Made by a program: the position numbers and the translations under genes. Source: Candidatus Woesebacteria bacterium RBG_16_42_24 (lineage in GTDB: Bacteria; Patescibacteriota; Microgenomatia; UBA8517). From it: a stretch of DNA of 64,000 bases. Within the stretch, counting starts at the first letter, position 1; each line of letters opens with the position of its first letter. Shown piece by piece: positions 38,465 to 48,368 of the stretch. The stretch lies in the NCBI GenBank assembly GCA_001792115.1, contig MGFX01000006.1, forward strand, positions 146,537 to 210,536. The letters run 5' to 3'. The notes below the pieces were generated by a model. That model was given only the letters and a program-made list of their open reading frames with translations, did no database searches and was not told where the DNA came from.

Positions 38465-40410
38465 CCCTTAATAACGCCGCCAAATTTTTCATTGAGTCTT
38501 CTGATTACTAATTTACGGATTTCATCTACTTCACCATCAGTTAAGGTTTTGCTTGGGTGTTGATACCAGAGGCGGAATGTGTAGGAATCTTGAAAGGTGT
38601 CAGTAAGCTCTACCCTAGCTATTAACTTATCTGACGATTTTATAGAAGAAATTACTTCGCCAATCTTGGTTCTTCCAGGAAATGATAAAGTAATATCCTC
38701 AATTTGGGCCGGATATTTGGGAATGGCCGTAAAGCTTCCAACCTCCTTACTGTCTGCTCTTAATTCTTCTACATCAATTTCGTAGTAAAAGGAGCCTTCT
38801 TCTAACTCTCCGAAGGAGCCAATCTCTCTTGGGCCAGATTTGACGCTCAATCTCCGGCTGGGCAAGTAGTGTGGCCCCTCCTCGGGTGTGAGTTTTCCTT
38901 CAAATTTCAGTTCCGCAAGCAGGCCTTCAATCATACCTTTAGCTTCTCTAAAGGAGCTACCAACGAATATTCCGGCAAGAGTCATTTTCTCTTCTGGTAA
39001 ATCCTGCCTGCCGGCCGGCAGGTATATATTTGCCATTTCGAAAAGATGATACGGCTCTTTCTCTCCGGAGTTTTCCTTAGCCGCTTTGACAAGAGAAGGC
39101 ATTAAGGAAGTTCTTAGGTACTCCCCTTCAGGACCTAGGGGATTTTTTAGTTTTAGACCACTTGGGGCTTCACCGGAAGAAACTAAAGAAAGCGTGTAAA
39201 CTTCGGCTGCCCCGTAGCCCTTCAGAATGCTTTTGATTTTGCTTTCGAATTCAAATGGAGAATTAACCAACGGTTCTGGTATTGCCCCCTCCATTAATTT
39301 GCTTGGAAGCTTGTGGTAGCCATAAATTCTGGCAATCTCTTCAACAATGTCTTCAGGAAGGGACACGTCGTTTGCTCTCCATGAAGGAACAAGGACTTCT
39401 AGAGTGCCTCCTCTCCAGTTTGCCTCGAATCCTAAAGACCCGAATATTTGTGTTATGTTACTTTTAGAAAGCGAAATACCCAACCTACTATTTATGAAAT
39501 CGAGGTTAGTTTGAACCTTCATGGGTTTATAGGGATTGGGATAGATATCAAGTATTTCTTTTTCTGCCTTACCCTTGGTGAGACTTTCAAATAAATCAAT
39601 TCCGCGAGAAATACCTAGACTAACCAATTCCGGGTCGAGACTTTTTTCGAAAAGAACCGCCGCCTCGGTTCGGTGAGCCAAGCTCATAGAAGTTTTTCTA
39701 ATGTTTACTGGATTATAAGTTTGGACAAAAAGAAGAATATTTTTGGTAGTTTCGTCGACTGCTGAATTTTCCCCTCCCATAATTCCGGCAAGGTCAATGA
39801 GTCTTCCCTTTCCATCCTCAATTACAATATCGTCTCCGAAAAGAGCGTGGGTCTTTCCGTCAAGAGTTGTTAGCTTCTCTACTCTTCTACTTTTGCGTAG
39901 TACCATTTTTGCTCCTAAGATTTTGTCATAGTCAAATGTATGAACCGGTTGTCCAAGCTCGTGCATAATGTAGTTTGAAATATCAACAACGTTATTTATC
40001 GGTCTTACTCCGCATAAGCTAAGCCTTTCCTTCATCCAATCTGGAGACTGGGCGATACTAACATTTCTTATTAAAACAGCAGAGAATCTGGGACACAAAC
40101 TAGAATCAACATTAACTTCTAAGTAATTCACCTTGCTAACAAATTTAAGATTACCTACTTTTATCGGATAAAGTAAGGCCTTGACGCCAAATTGGGGCAA
40201 GATTGCGCAAGCTTCTCTGGCTATACCAAATACCGAGGCAGAGTCGACCCTATTGGTAGTTACTTCAATCGAATAGATTGAGTCGCTGCCTACCCTTTCG
40301 ACCTTTTCAACAGAAGGCCCGCACAGGGAGAGGTCCTCCGCAATTTTATTTGTGGATGCCTTAGTCTGCAAAAAGTCTCTCAGCCAGTTGTCCGGCACTA
40401 ATATATTCAT
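38461..40410 (-). CDS. pheT: phenylalanine--tRNA ligase beta subunit (no B2 OB-fold)
   Basis: EVTTNRVD, INNVVDISNY, LAGIMGG, VPSWR.D, EEIARIYGY, LRTSL, C-terminal FDX-ACB. Confidence 0.95.
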   Translation of the reverse strand: MNILVPDNWLRDFLQTKASTNKIAEDLSLCGPSVEKVERVGSDSIYSIEVTTNRVDSASVFGIAREACAILPQFGVKALLYPIKVGNLKFVSKVNYLEVNVDSSLCPRFSAVLIRNVSIAQSPDWMKERLSLCGVRPINNVVDISNYIMHELGQPVHTFDYDKILGAKMVLRKSRRVEKLTTLDGKTHALFGDDIVIEDGKGRLIDLAGIMGGENSAVDETTKNILLFVQTYNPVNIRKTSMSLAHRTEAAVLFEKSLDPELVSLGISRGIDLFESLTKGKAEKEILDIYPNPYKPMKVQTNLDFINSRLGISLSKSNITQIFGSLGFEANWRGGTLEVLVPSWRANDVSLPEDIVEEIARIYGYHKLPSKLMEGAIPEPLVNSPFEFESKIKSILKGYGAAEVYTLSLVSSGEAPSGLKLKNPLGPEGEYLRTSLMPSLVKAAKENSGEKEPYHLFEMANIYLPAGRQDLPEEKMTLAGIFVGSSFREAKGMIEGLLAELKFEGKLTPEEGPHYLPSRRLSVKSGPREIGSFGELEEGSFYYEIDVEELRADSKEVGSFTAIPKYPAQIEDITLSFPGRTKIGEVISSIKSSDKLIARVELTDTFQDSYTFRLWYQHPSKTLTDGEVDEIRKLVIRRLNEKFGGVIKG

Positions 40411-40438
40411 ATATGTATGATAAGATGATATATCATCA

Positions 40439-41464
40439 TTAGAATTGCCTAAGGAATTGAAGGCCAGAACTATATAAAAGGCGTATATCTGGGATGGAAA
40501 GACCAGACTTCATCATGTACGTTCTCTCAACTCCCCAGCCAAAAGCGAATCCTGTATATTTACTTGGATCGATACCCCCATTTTTGAGAACGACAGGGTG
40601 AACCATCCCGGCCCCACCCAATTCAAGCCAGCCTCCTTTGCAGACTTTACAACCCTTCCCTTCGCAAATCCCACAGGTAATGTCTACTTCGAAGGAAGGC
40701 TCAGTGAATTGAAAGTGGAAGGGACGTAGTCTTGTTTTTCTTTCTTTCCCAAAGAAATTTCGGGCGAAGTAATCAAGCGTTCCTTTTAGGTGAGCAATCG
40801 ATATCCCCTCATCTATGACCAAACCTTCGAATTGATGAAACATTGGAAAGTGTGAGACGTCGATTTGTCTTCTATAACACTTGGCAATATTTATCATCCT
40901 TATTGGAGGTGTTTTTACTCGCTGCATTTCCCTTAACTGACCGGATGATGTTTGAGGAGTCAGTACCATTTCGCCGAACTTTGGATGATTGAGGCCTTCC
41001 ACAAAAAACGTTTCCCACTCATCCCGCGCCGGGTGGTCTTTGGGCATATTAAGTCCCCCAAAAGCAAACCAGTCCCACTCAACTTCAGGATAGCGAACTC
41101 TGACAAAACCAATTTGGGCAAATGTATTTGCGATTTCATCAATTGCATGAGTTACGAGATGGAGATGGCCTCGAGGAGGTTTTATCCCCGGAATTGTGGG
41201 GTCAAACCAATCACGGGCAGATTCTTTGAGAGAATTTTTTCTTTCAGAAAGAAGTGAGGTAAGTGCATTTTTGGCCTCGTTGATCAAAACTCCGACGAGC
41301 TTTTTTTCCTCACTAGGGACTGACTTTATCCTCTTAAATAACTCCGTTAATTTCCCGCTTCTTCCAAGGTAAGCAATTCTTAATTCTTCCAAGTCTTCCG
41401 CCGACTTCGCGGCAGAAATTTGGGCTATTGCCTGATTTTTTAGACTAAGTATTTCTTCTCTCAT
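40439..41464 (-). CDS. pheS: phenylalanine--tRNA ligase alpha subunit
   Basis: HPARD, CYRR, FHQFEG, FQFTEPS, GFAFGWGVER. Confidence 0.95.
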   Translation of the reverse strand: MREEILSLKNQAIAQISAAKSAEDLEELRIAYLGRSGKLTELFKRIKSVPSEEKKLVGVLINEAKNALTSLLSERKNSLKESARDWFDPTIPGIKPPRGHLHLVTHAIDEIANTFAQIGFVRVRYPEVEWDWFAFGGLNMPKDHPARDEWETFFVEGLNHPKFGEMVLTPQTSSGQLREMQRVKTPPIRMINIAKCYRRQIDVSHFPMFHQFEGLVIDEGISIAHLKGTLDYFARNFFGKERKTRLRPFHFQFTEPSFEVDITCGICEGKGCKVCKGGWLELGGAGMVHPVVLKNGGIDPSKYTGFAFGWGVERTYMMKSGLSIPDIRLLYSSGLQFLRQF

Positions 41465-41550
41465 AAGTTGATACCCATTTTATAGTATAGGCTTGATTGA
41501 GAAAATAGCATTGTTAAATTACGTTCCTGTCTTCAGGTTACGATTTAGTT

Positions 41551-41850
41551 CTAACAATTTTCCCAAGCTTCAAGACTAGGCCCCTTCAGGTATATAGTTG
41601 CGTCAGGATGTTCCTCCCGAACATTAGGATTATTCTCACGGGGGGCTAGGATTTTTGCCGCTTCTGTTTGTGAATTGTGTTTTGCATGTAAATCTAGAAC
41701 TTCCTGGTCCGAAAGACCTGCAACACTAATATTGCGATTGGCTAAGGCTAAAGTAGCGCGAGTTACTTCTAGACCAGATTTCCATGGGGAGCCACCCCCA
41801 CATACATCTGAATGTGAATGATAAATTTTTATTTCTTTCATATGTATCAC
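41551..41850 (-). CDS. hypothetical protein
   Basis: 99-aa ORF; GGGGTGA SD-like sequence precedes ATG 41841. Confidence 0.45.
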   Translation of the reverse strand: MIHMKEIKIYHSHSDVCGGGSPWKSGLEVTRATLALANRNISVAGLSDQEVLDLHAKHNSQTEAAKILAPRENNPNVREEHPDATIYLKGPSLEAWENC

Positions 41851-41867
41851 CCCATTTCTTTACCAAT

Positions 41868-41891
41868 AAAAAACCTCCCCTTCGGGAGGTT
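41868..41891 (-). terminator. intrinsic terminator (3:4 hairpin of attenuator)
   Basis: AACCTCCC-GAAG-GGGAGGTT followed by U-tract. Confidence 0.85.
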
Positions 41892-41919
41892 ATTCCCAAC
41901 AGAGCTTCAACCTCCCTAC

Positions 41920-41967
41920 TTAAGAGAGGGTAAAGCTAAAGAATGTAACTGATAAAACTTTTGTCAT
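41920..41967 (-). promoter_or_regulatory. Phe-containing leader peptide of a pheM-like attenuator
   Basis: MTKVLSVTFFSFTLS*; followed by mutually exclusive 1:2, 2:3 and 3:4 pairings; located between rplT and pheS. Confidence 0.75.
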
Positions 41968-41986
41968 TAGAGTGATTTTAACTTGT

Positions 41987-42325
41987 TTATTTGACTATTT
42001 CAACAATTTTCTTAAATGTGTTAGGGTCATTCACTGCAATGTCGGCTAAAATTTTTCTATCTAGTTCAATTTCGGCTTTTTTGAGACCTGCCACGAATTT
42101 TGAATAGGATAACCCTTCTTCCCTCACTGCTGAATTGAGTCTGATAATCCAAAGACTTCTTAGATCTCGCTTCCTTAATTTTCTTCCGTGGTACGCATAT
42201 TGCCCAGCATGAAGTAAAGCTTCTTTTGCGGCTTGGATTCTTACCCTTCGAGCCTGCTTAAAGCCCTTAGCCCTAGCAAGAAATTTTCTGTGGCGCCTAG
42301 CCGATGTTGATTTTACTCTTGCCAT
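41987..42325 (-). CDS. rplT: 50S ribosomal protein L20
   Basis: [32 protein letters not shown]. Confidence 0.97.
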   Translation of the reverse strand: MARVKSTSARRHRKFLARAKGFKQARRVRIQAAKEALLHAGQYAYHGRKLRKRDLRSLWIIRLNSAVREEGLSYSKFVAGLKKAEIELDRKILADIAVNDPNTFKKIVEIVK

Positions 42326-42349
42326 GGTTTGATTTTACTAAGGACAAAA

Positions 42350-42544
42350 TTACTTGCCAAGTACCTTTCTAATTTTTCTGGCATAAACATTTTTTACCTT
42401 GGTCGGCCTTCGGAGGCGTCTAAGCCTTTTAGCCGATTTCCCCACACTTAAGTGTCGGGCGAAAGCCTTGCGTCTTAAGACTTTCCCATTCTTTGTAATT
42501 CTAAATCTATTAGTTAACGACTTTCTTGTCTTTGCCTTCGGCAT
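42350..42544 (-). CDS. rpmI: 50S ribosomal protein L35
   Basis: MPKAKTRKS...RFRITKNGK; infC-rpmI-rplT order. Confidence 0.95.
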   Translation of the reverse strand: MPKAKTRKSLTNRFRITKNGKVLRRKAFARHLSVGKSAKRLRRLRRPTKVKNVYARKIRKVLGK

Positions 42545-43067
42545 ATATCTGCTCTACTCTCTTTTTCCCTAATGGTGAAATTATAGTTATTAAGTGTCGG
42601 CCAAAAAATTTTGGCTCCATATCGGTGATAACAGTACCCCCTAAAATGTCTAAGATTCTTTTTATCAAAAGGTAACCGAACCTCGTACTCCCCATTTGGC
42701 GTCCTGTGAAAACTACCACGACCTTGACTTTATCTTTATCGCTTAAAAATTCTCTGATTCTTTCAATCCTAAAGTTGAAATCATTCTCAGCAATAAAAGG
42801 CGAAAATCTTATTTCTTTTATCTCTCCGCCTTTGGCTCTCTTTTGCTGACTCCTTAGTTTTTTCTCTTCTTGATAGCGAAACTTACCCAGGTCAACTATC
42901 TTGGCAACGGGCGGGTTGGCAGCGGGAGCAATTTCGATAAGCGCGAGTTTCAAACTTTTTGCTTTGGCTAAGGCAGTCTCCCTTGTAAGAATTCCAAGTT
43001 GCTTTCCAGCGCCATCTATGACTCGAAGCTTCTCGGCTCTAATTTGGTCGTTGATTCTATAACTCAC
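42510..43067 (-). CDS. infC: translation initiation factor IF-3
   Basis: RINDQIRA, PPVAKIVDLGKFRY, KEIRF. Confidence 0.95.
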   Translation of the reverse strand: MSYRINDQIRAEKLRVIDGAGKQLGILTRETALAKAKSLKLALIEIAPAANPPVAKIVDLGKFRYQEEKKLRSQQKRAKGGEIKEIRFSPFIAENDFNFRIERIREFLSDKDKVKVVVVFTGRQMGSTRFGYLLIKRILDILGGTVITDMEPKFFGRHLITIISPLGKKRVEQIYAEGKDKKVVN

Positions 43068-43113
43068 CTGAACTTGTTAAATTGTAACATCCTTGAAGCT
43101 ATTTCACAAATCA

Positions 43114-44865
43114 TCATAAACTCTTGGTTTCAATCTCTTTTCTTATATTACCAATAAATTTGTCAATTGAAAGTGCTCCGGAATCTTTACCGCTTCTACC
43201 ACGCACAGAAACCGTTTTTTCCTTCTCTTCTTTATCTCCTAAAATGAGCATGTATGGAATTTTTTGAATTTGAGCGTCTCTTATTTTGGCTTGCAACCTT
43301 TCGTTTCTTTCGTCTAGCTCTGCTCGAATACCATTTTCTTTGAGTTTCTCCCAAACGCTCTTGGCATAGGAGAGATTTTTGTCGGTAATTGGAAGTACTT
43401 TAACTTGAACCGGAGAAAGCCAAACGGGAAAGTTTCCTCCCCAGTGCTCGATGAGGAAGGCAATAAAGCGCTCGTGCGACCCAAGGGGCGCGCGGTGGAT
43501 AATAACGGGAGTTTCTTCTTTGCCGCTTTTATCAACATATTTTAAGTTGAACCTTTTTCCCATAAATAGGTCAATCTGGTTTGTTGAAATTCCGAATTCT
43601 CTACCAATTGAGGAGCGGATTACGAAATCAATCTTTGGGCCGTAAAATGCGGCGCTTCCGATGTCCTCGACCATTTTGATATCAACTTTACCTGCAGCCT
43701 CACGCATCAGCCCCTCTGCGAGTTTCCACATATCCTCGTCTCCATGGTATTTTTTCTTGTTTGTTGGATCCCTTAATGAAAGAACCAAATGGTATTCAGT
43801 AATCCCTAAGGTTTTATAATAGTATTCGTGAAGCCTCATGACGTTCACAAATTCCCCGACAGCTTGCTCTGGGGTACAGTAGATGTGGGAGTCGTTTTGG
43901 CTGAACCCCCGCACCCTCATCATACCGAAAAGCTCTCCTGAGGCCTCATAGCGGTAGCAAGTCCCGTACTCTGCAAGCCTTAAAGGGAGTTCTTTATAGC
44001 TTCTTACCTTCGACTTATAAATCATGTGGTGGTGCGGGCAGTTCATGGGTTTGAGATAATATTCCTCTCCCCCCTCCCCCTTCATCGGAGGGTACATGTC
44101 GTCTTTATAATAAGGGAGGTGGCCGGATGTAAAGTAAAGACCCGACTTTGTGATATTGGGAGTGGTGACCCTCTGATATCCCCAGGCTTCTTCGGTTTCC
44201 TTGGCCCACTTTTCAATCTCCTCTTTAATGATGTTGCCTTTGGGGAGCCAGAGGACGAGTCCGGGTCCTACTTCCTCGGAAATGGTAAAAAGCTCGAGTT
44301 CTTTACCAATTTTTCTGTGGTCGCGTTTTTTTGCCTCCTCAAGGTCGGCCAAATATTTGTCTAATTCTTTTTGAGTCGCAAAAATAGTTCCGTAGATACG
44401 CGTAAGCATGGTGTTTTTCTCGCTTCCTCGCCAATATGCCCCCGCGACAGAAAGAAGTTTGAAGTATTTAATTTCTTTGGCTGGATTATCTATGTGGCCA
44501 CCCCGACAAAGATCAATAAAATTTCCGGATTGATAAACCGTTATGTCCTGGTTATCTTTTTCAAATTCCCTAATTAGTTCGAGCTTATATTGGTTGTCCT
44601 TGAATCTTTCCTTGATCGCATGAATCGATTCATGAAAGCGCCTGAATTCCTTCCAATCTTTTACAAGCTGGTGCATTTTTTCCTCTATTTTTACTAAATC
44701 TTCCTCCGAAATTTTGGTATCAGCGAAGTCAAAATCATAGTAAAAACCATTCTCTATTGGAGGCCCGAGGGTAGGCTTAGCATTTGGCCACAATGAAGTT
44801 ACCGCCGCAGCCAAGAGGTGCGAAGTTGAATGTCTCAAATTATCTAAATTATTCTTCGTTGCCAC
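43114..44865 (-). CDS. thrS: threonine--tRNA ligase (no N-terminal TGS domain)
   Basis: LRHSTSHLL, DLCRGGH, RDHRKIG, KPMNCPHH, YGPKID, GSHERF. Confidence 0.97.
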   Translation of the reverse strand: MATKNNLDNLRHSTSHLLAAAVTSLWPNAKPTLGPPIENGFYYDFDFADTKISEEDLVKIEEKMHQLVKDWKEFRRFHESIHAIKERFKDNQYKLELIREFEKDNQDITVYQSGNFIDLCRGGHIDNPAKEIKYFKLLSVAGAYWRGSEKNTMLTRIYGTIFATQKELDKYLADLEEAKKRDHRKIGKELELFTISEEVGPGLVLWLPKGNIIKEEIEKWAKETEEAWGYQRVTTPNITKSGLYFTSGHLPYYKDDMYPPMKGEGGEEYYLKPMNCPHHHMIYKSKVRSYKELPLRLAEYGTCYRYEASGELFGMMRVRGFSQNDSHIYCTPEQAVGEFVNVMRLHEYYYKTLGITEYHLVLSLRDPTNKKKYHGDEDMWKLAEGLMREAAGKVDIKMVEDIGSAAFYGPKIDFVIRSSIGREFGISTNQIDLFMGKRFNLKYVDKSGKEETPVIIHRAPLGSHERFIAFLIEHWGGNFPVWLSPVQVKVLPITDKNLSYAKSVWEKLKENGIRAELDERNERLQAKIRDAQIQKIPYMLILGDKEEKEKTVSVRGRSGKDSGALSIDKFIGNIRKEIETKSL

Positions 44866-45002
44866 TTAAGCTGATTTTATCTTATTCAGGGCTAGGCTGC
44901 AAAGGAGATTAGCGACTTTTTGTATCAGGTTGAAGAACGCCGAAAATATTTCCTTCAGCATCTTTGAAATATTGGTGCCAACCGACTCCGTGAATTAGAT
45001 TT

Positions 45003-45533
45003 TTAGGGAAAACAGTTTGGCCAGAGATTTCCTTTGCCGATTGAGACGACATAGGCTGCTGTTTGGGCCGATTCTTCGGCATTGTAACGAAGGTCCAAAT
45101 TTGTATCTTCTCCTATTGCCTGTCGGTTACTTGTCCAGCTGGATTTACCAAACTGGTAAAGACCGACATAGGGCCCGTTTACCGCCAGAGGATTAAAACC
45201 CGATTCACAAGTTGCGATGTGCCGCATTACATTGGGGTCTACTCCATATTGGGCGGCAAAGCGCTCAATATATGCGTGGATTTGCTCGGGAGGTATTGTT
45301 GGAACGGGGATTGGGGTAGGAATGGGACTTGGGCTTGGGGTCGGAGAGGGTGTTGGAGTAGAAGTAGGCGTAGGGGTTTGAGAAGGAGAAGGGGTGACGG
45401 TTGGAGAAGTGGTGGGTGTTGTCACTAAGCTCAAAACTTCCCCTTTGATACCTCCCTTAAAAAACCAGAGAATCCCAGCGATCCCCAAACCCAAAATTGC
45501 AAGAAATATGTATTTCCGAACATTTCTCATCAC
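45003..45533 (-). CDS. membrane-anchored lytic transglycosylase/Rpf-like protein
   Basis: TM, (TP/SP)n linker, IATCESGFNP.A..G.Y.GLYQF, WPNC. Confidence 0.8.
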   Translation of the reverse strand: MMRNVRKYIFLAILGLGIAGILWFFKGGIKGEVLSLVTTPTTSPTVTPSPSQTPTPTSTPTPSPTPSPSPIPTPIPVPTIPPEQIHAYIERFAAQYGVDPNVMRHIATCESGFNPLAVNGPYVGLYQFGKSSWTSNRQAIGEDTNLDLRYNAEESAQTAAYVVSIGKGNLWPNCFP

Positions 45534-45604
45534 GCAAGATTATATCATTCGGGTTATCTTGGCTCTAAGGAGTAAGAAGACCTAGTTTTTAGATAGTAAT
45601 ATTG

Positions 45605-45675
45605 TGGACCCGGGGGGAATTGAACCCCCTACTCTTCCATGCCATGGAAGCATGTTACCGGTATACCACGGGCCC
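45605..45675 (-). tRNA. tRNA-Ala(GGC)
   Basis: Cloverleaf; anticodon arm CTTCC-ATGGCAT-GGAAG; G3:U70 pair. Confidence 0.93.
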
Positions 45676-45701
45676 TTTTAACAAAACTAGTATAGCAAAA
45701 A

Positions 45702-47516
45702 TTATCGGCTTTTAAGAACAAAGTGGCTTCTTCTGGCTTGGGTTTCGTCAAGAATTATTTTCCTTATCCTGACACTTTTTGGTGTAACCTCGACGAGTTC
45801 GGTTTCGTCGATGTATTCAAGTGCATTTTCCAAAGACATGGCTTTAGGGGTATTAAAGTGAATCGAAGTTCCATCGCCTTTTGATCGCATATTGGAAAGC
45901 TGTTTTTCTTTACAAACATTAACCCAGATATCGTCGTATCTTGAATTTTGCCCAACAACTTGCCCTTTGTAGACTTTTTCGGCCGGTCCGTAAAACATTT
46001 CTCCTCTATCCTGAACGTTAACCAGTCCATAAAGCCTTGTTTCACCCGTTTCAAAGGCAACCAAGGAACCCCTGTCTCTTGTTTTTTGAAAGCCGTCGTC
46101 GGGTAAAAAGGCCTCAAAAGAAGCGTTTATGATCCCTAATCCTTTCGTATCGGTAATAAATTCGGATCTAAAACCGATTAATTCCTTAGTCGCCACTAAA
46201 TATTCCAAGTAAACGATTCCTTCGACATTGTCCATATCTTTAAGTTCGGCATGTCGCTGACCCATTTTGTTAATTACCTTTCCGGAGTATTCTTCGGGAA
46301 CTTCGATAAAGACTTTCTCATAAGGGGTATGGGTTTTGCCGTCAACTATCTTGGTAATAACTTGCGGTCGGCTAACTTGTAATTCATATCCTTCACGTCT
46401 AAGTCTTTCGATAAAAATGGCCAAATGAAGTTCCCCCCTTCCGGAAATAGTCCAAGTGGTGTTGACGTTTTCTTCAACTCTTAGGGCAACGTCTGTTTCT
46501 AATTCTTTAAAAAGCCGCATCCTTATTTGGCTTGAGGTTTTGAATTGGCCTTCTTTTCCTCCGAAGGGAGAATTATTGACCATGAAGATCATTTTGACCG
46601 TAGGTTCTTCAATATCAAGTAAAGGTAGCGCAACCGGACTTTCGATATCGGCTATCGTTTCCCCGATATTAATATCGGAAATTCCCGATACAGATACAAT
46701 ATCGCCGGCTTGGGCTTCTTCGACATATATCTTCCCCAAACCCTTAAAAGTAGCAATCGAGGTAATTTTGGCCGTATTGATATTTCCTTCCCGATCGATT
46801 TGAGCCACATCCTGACCGTTTTTAACAACACCGTTTGAAATTTTTCCTGTCGCGATACGGCCTTTATAGTCGTCTTTTCCCAAAGTAGAGATTCTTAACT
46901 GCAGAGGCTTAGTGCTGTCACCTATCGGTTCGGGGATATATTCCAAAATAGCTTCAAAAACCGGCCCAATTCCGGTCATTTCGGAAAGATCGGACTTGAC
47001 TCCGGCCCGACCGTTTCGGCCCGATGCGTAAACAATCGGAAAAATAGCGTTATCTTCATCGGCCCCAAGTTCCAAAAACAAATTAAAAGTTTTATCGATG
47101 GCATAATCCGGCCGTGCATCTTTTCTGTCTATTTTATTGATAACTACAATAATTTTTAATCCCATTTTTAATGCCTGCTTTAAAACAAAACGGGTTTGGG
47201 GCATTGGGCCTTCTTTGGCATCAACCAAAAGTAAAGCTCCGTCGGCCATGGATAAAACACGCTCTACCTCTCCGCCGAAATCGGCGTGGCCAGGTGTATC
47301 GATGATGTTAATCTTAACGCCTTTGTATAAAATTGAAGCGTTTTTGGAGAATATTGTGATACCCCTTTCTCGTTCAAGGTCGTTTGAATCCATTATCTGC
47401 TTAACCTCATCAAGGTCTTTTTTAAGTTCTGTATGGGATTGGCGCAATAGAGCGTCAACCAGGGTAGTTTTACCGTGGTCTACATGAGCGATAATGGCAA
47501 CGTTTCTTATATTCAT
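45702..47516 (-). CDS. typA: translational GTPase TypA/BipA
   Basis: AHVDHGKTTLVD, DTPGHADFGGEVER, NKID, GRGELHL. Confidence 0.97.
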   Translation of the reverse strand: MNIRNVAIIAHVDHGKTTLVDALLRQSHTELKKDLDEVKQIMDSNDLERERGITIFSKNASILYKGVKINIIDTPGHADFGGEVERVLSMADGALLLVDAKEGPMPQTRFVLKQALKMGLKIIVVINKIDRKDARPDYAIDKTFNLFLELGADEDNAIFPIVYASGRNGRAGVKSDLSEMTGIGPVFEAILEYIPEPIGDSTKPLQLRISTLGKDDYKGRIATGKISNGVVKNGQDVAQIDREGNINTAKITSIATFKGLGKIYVEEAQAGDIVSVSGISDINIGETIADIESPVALPLLDIEEPTVKMIFMVNNSPFGGKEGQFKTSSQIRMRLFKELETDVALRVEENVNTTWTISGRGELHLAIFIERLRREGYELQVSRPQVITKIVDGKTHTPYEKVFIEVPEEYSGKVINKMGQRHAELKDMDNVEGIVYLEYLVATKELIGFRSEFITDTKGLGIINASFEAFLPDDGFQKTRDRGSLVAFETGETRLYGLVNVQDRGEMFYGPAEKVYKGQVVGQNSRYDDIWVNVCKEKQLSNMRSKGDGTSIHFNTPKAMSLENALEYIDETELVEVTPKSVRIRKIILDETQARRSHFVLKSR

Positions 47517-47615
47517 ACCCTAAAAAAATAAAAAGCCGCTTTTTTGCAGCTTTAATAAAGAAAGCTTTAAAACTAAGTTAAGTATAAACCTATAGGATTA
47601 TTTAAGCAATTTAGG

Positions 47616-47689
47616 TGGACGGTAAGGGACTCGAACCCCTGACCTCTTACACGTCAAGTAAGCGCTCTAGCCAACTGAGCTAACCGTCC
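47616..47689 (-). tRNA. tRNA-Val(GAC)
   Basis: GGACGGTTAGCTCAGTTGG...CTTAC-TTGACGT-GTAAG...GGTTCGAGTCC. Confidence 0.95.
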
Positions 47690-47721
47690 AGGTACGGATA
47701 TTATACATTCTGAAGAAAACT

Positions 47722-48354
47722 TTAACCAGCTGAACGTTGAAGGTAATGGTCTGGGGAAAGAAGGAACTTGCTTCCGTGCTTTTTGTATATAGACCAATAG
47801 TTTTTCTTGTCCGCCCTTTTATTTACTGCAGAGAGCCAGTGACTGGCATGTTCGATCTTCTTTCTAAAGGAGGTAATAAACTCCAGTAACCTTTCAAAAA
47901 ATACCAGATGGTAGACTCCCGGATTTGCCGGAGCCTGGATGACGGCTATTTCAACCTCTTGAGCCAAATCCTGGGTAGATTGGGCCAGAGTTAATGTTTC
48001 TTGCATTATGGCGTGGAGCTGGAGTTTGAGTTTGTTACTTTCTCGCTCGATAAGAGCCACCTCTTCTTCTCTAAGCTTTCGCTCAAGTGCAAGTTGGTTT
48101 TTTAATTTTTTGTTTTCTTCGAACTTACCAGAAAAAACTTCATCAAACTCTAAGCTTTCTCCAGGAGCCATTTCAGCTTGGTATTTCTTGGGTTCACGAA
48201 ATCCGAATATCTGATCGAGGGCGTCTTTTGACGACCCTTCTAAAAGGTCCTTTTTTAGGCTCATTGAGGTTCCGGAGCCAATATCCTTAAGCGCCTCGAG
48301 CACATTTTGGCGCCTGACTTGCTTTTGAAATTTGGATTTTTGAGTTTTATCCAC
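47722..48354 (-). CDS. DUF5660-like coiled-coil protein
   Basis: PGVYHL.FFERL, A..WL, YW..YKKHGSKFLLS pattern recalled from CPR proteins. Confidence 0.6.
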   Translation of the reverse strand: MDKTQKSKFQKQVRRQNVLEALKDIGSGTSMSLKKDLLEGSSKDALDQIFGFREPKKYQAEMAPGESLEFDEVFSGKFEENKKLKNQLALERKLREEEVALIERESNKLKLQLHAIMQETLTLAQSTQDLAQEVEIAVIQAPANPGVYHLVFFERLLEFITSFRKKIEHASHWLSAVNKRADKKNYWSIYKKHGSKFLLSPDHYLQRSAG

Positions 48355-48368
48355 TCTAATTCGGAATC

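Noticed and set aside
42510-43067. Non-canonical ATT-type start for infC
   Set aside because: An in-frame TAA lies four codons upstream; GTG 43067 is the plausible start
45300-45420. Repetitive G-rich tract (also 37990-38036 and 566-640)
   Set aside because: Encodes ordinary Pro/Thr/Ser or Gly linkers
47529-47556. Hairpin plus U-tract upstream of typA as a riboswitch
   Set aside because: No aptamer-like structure; adequately explained as a terminator downstream of tRNA-Val
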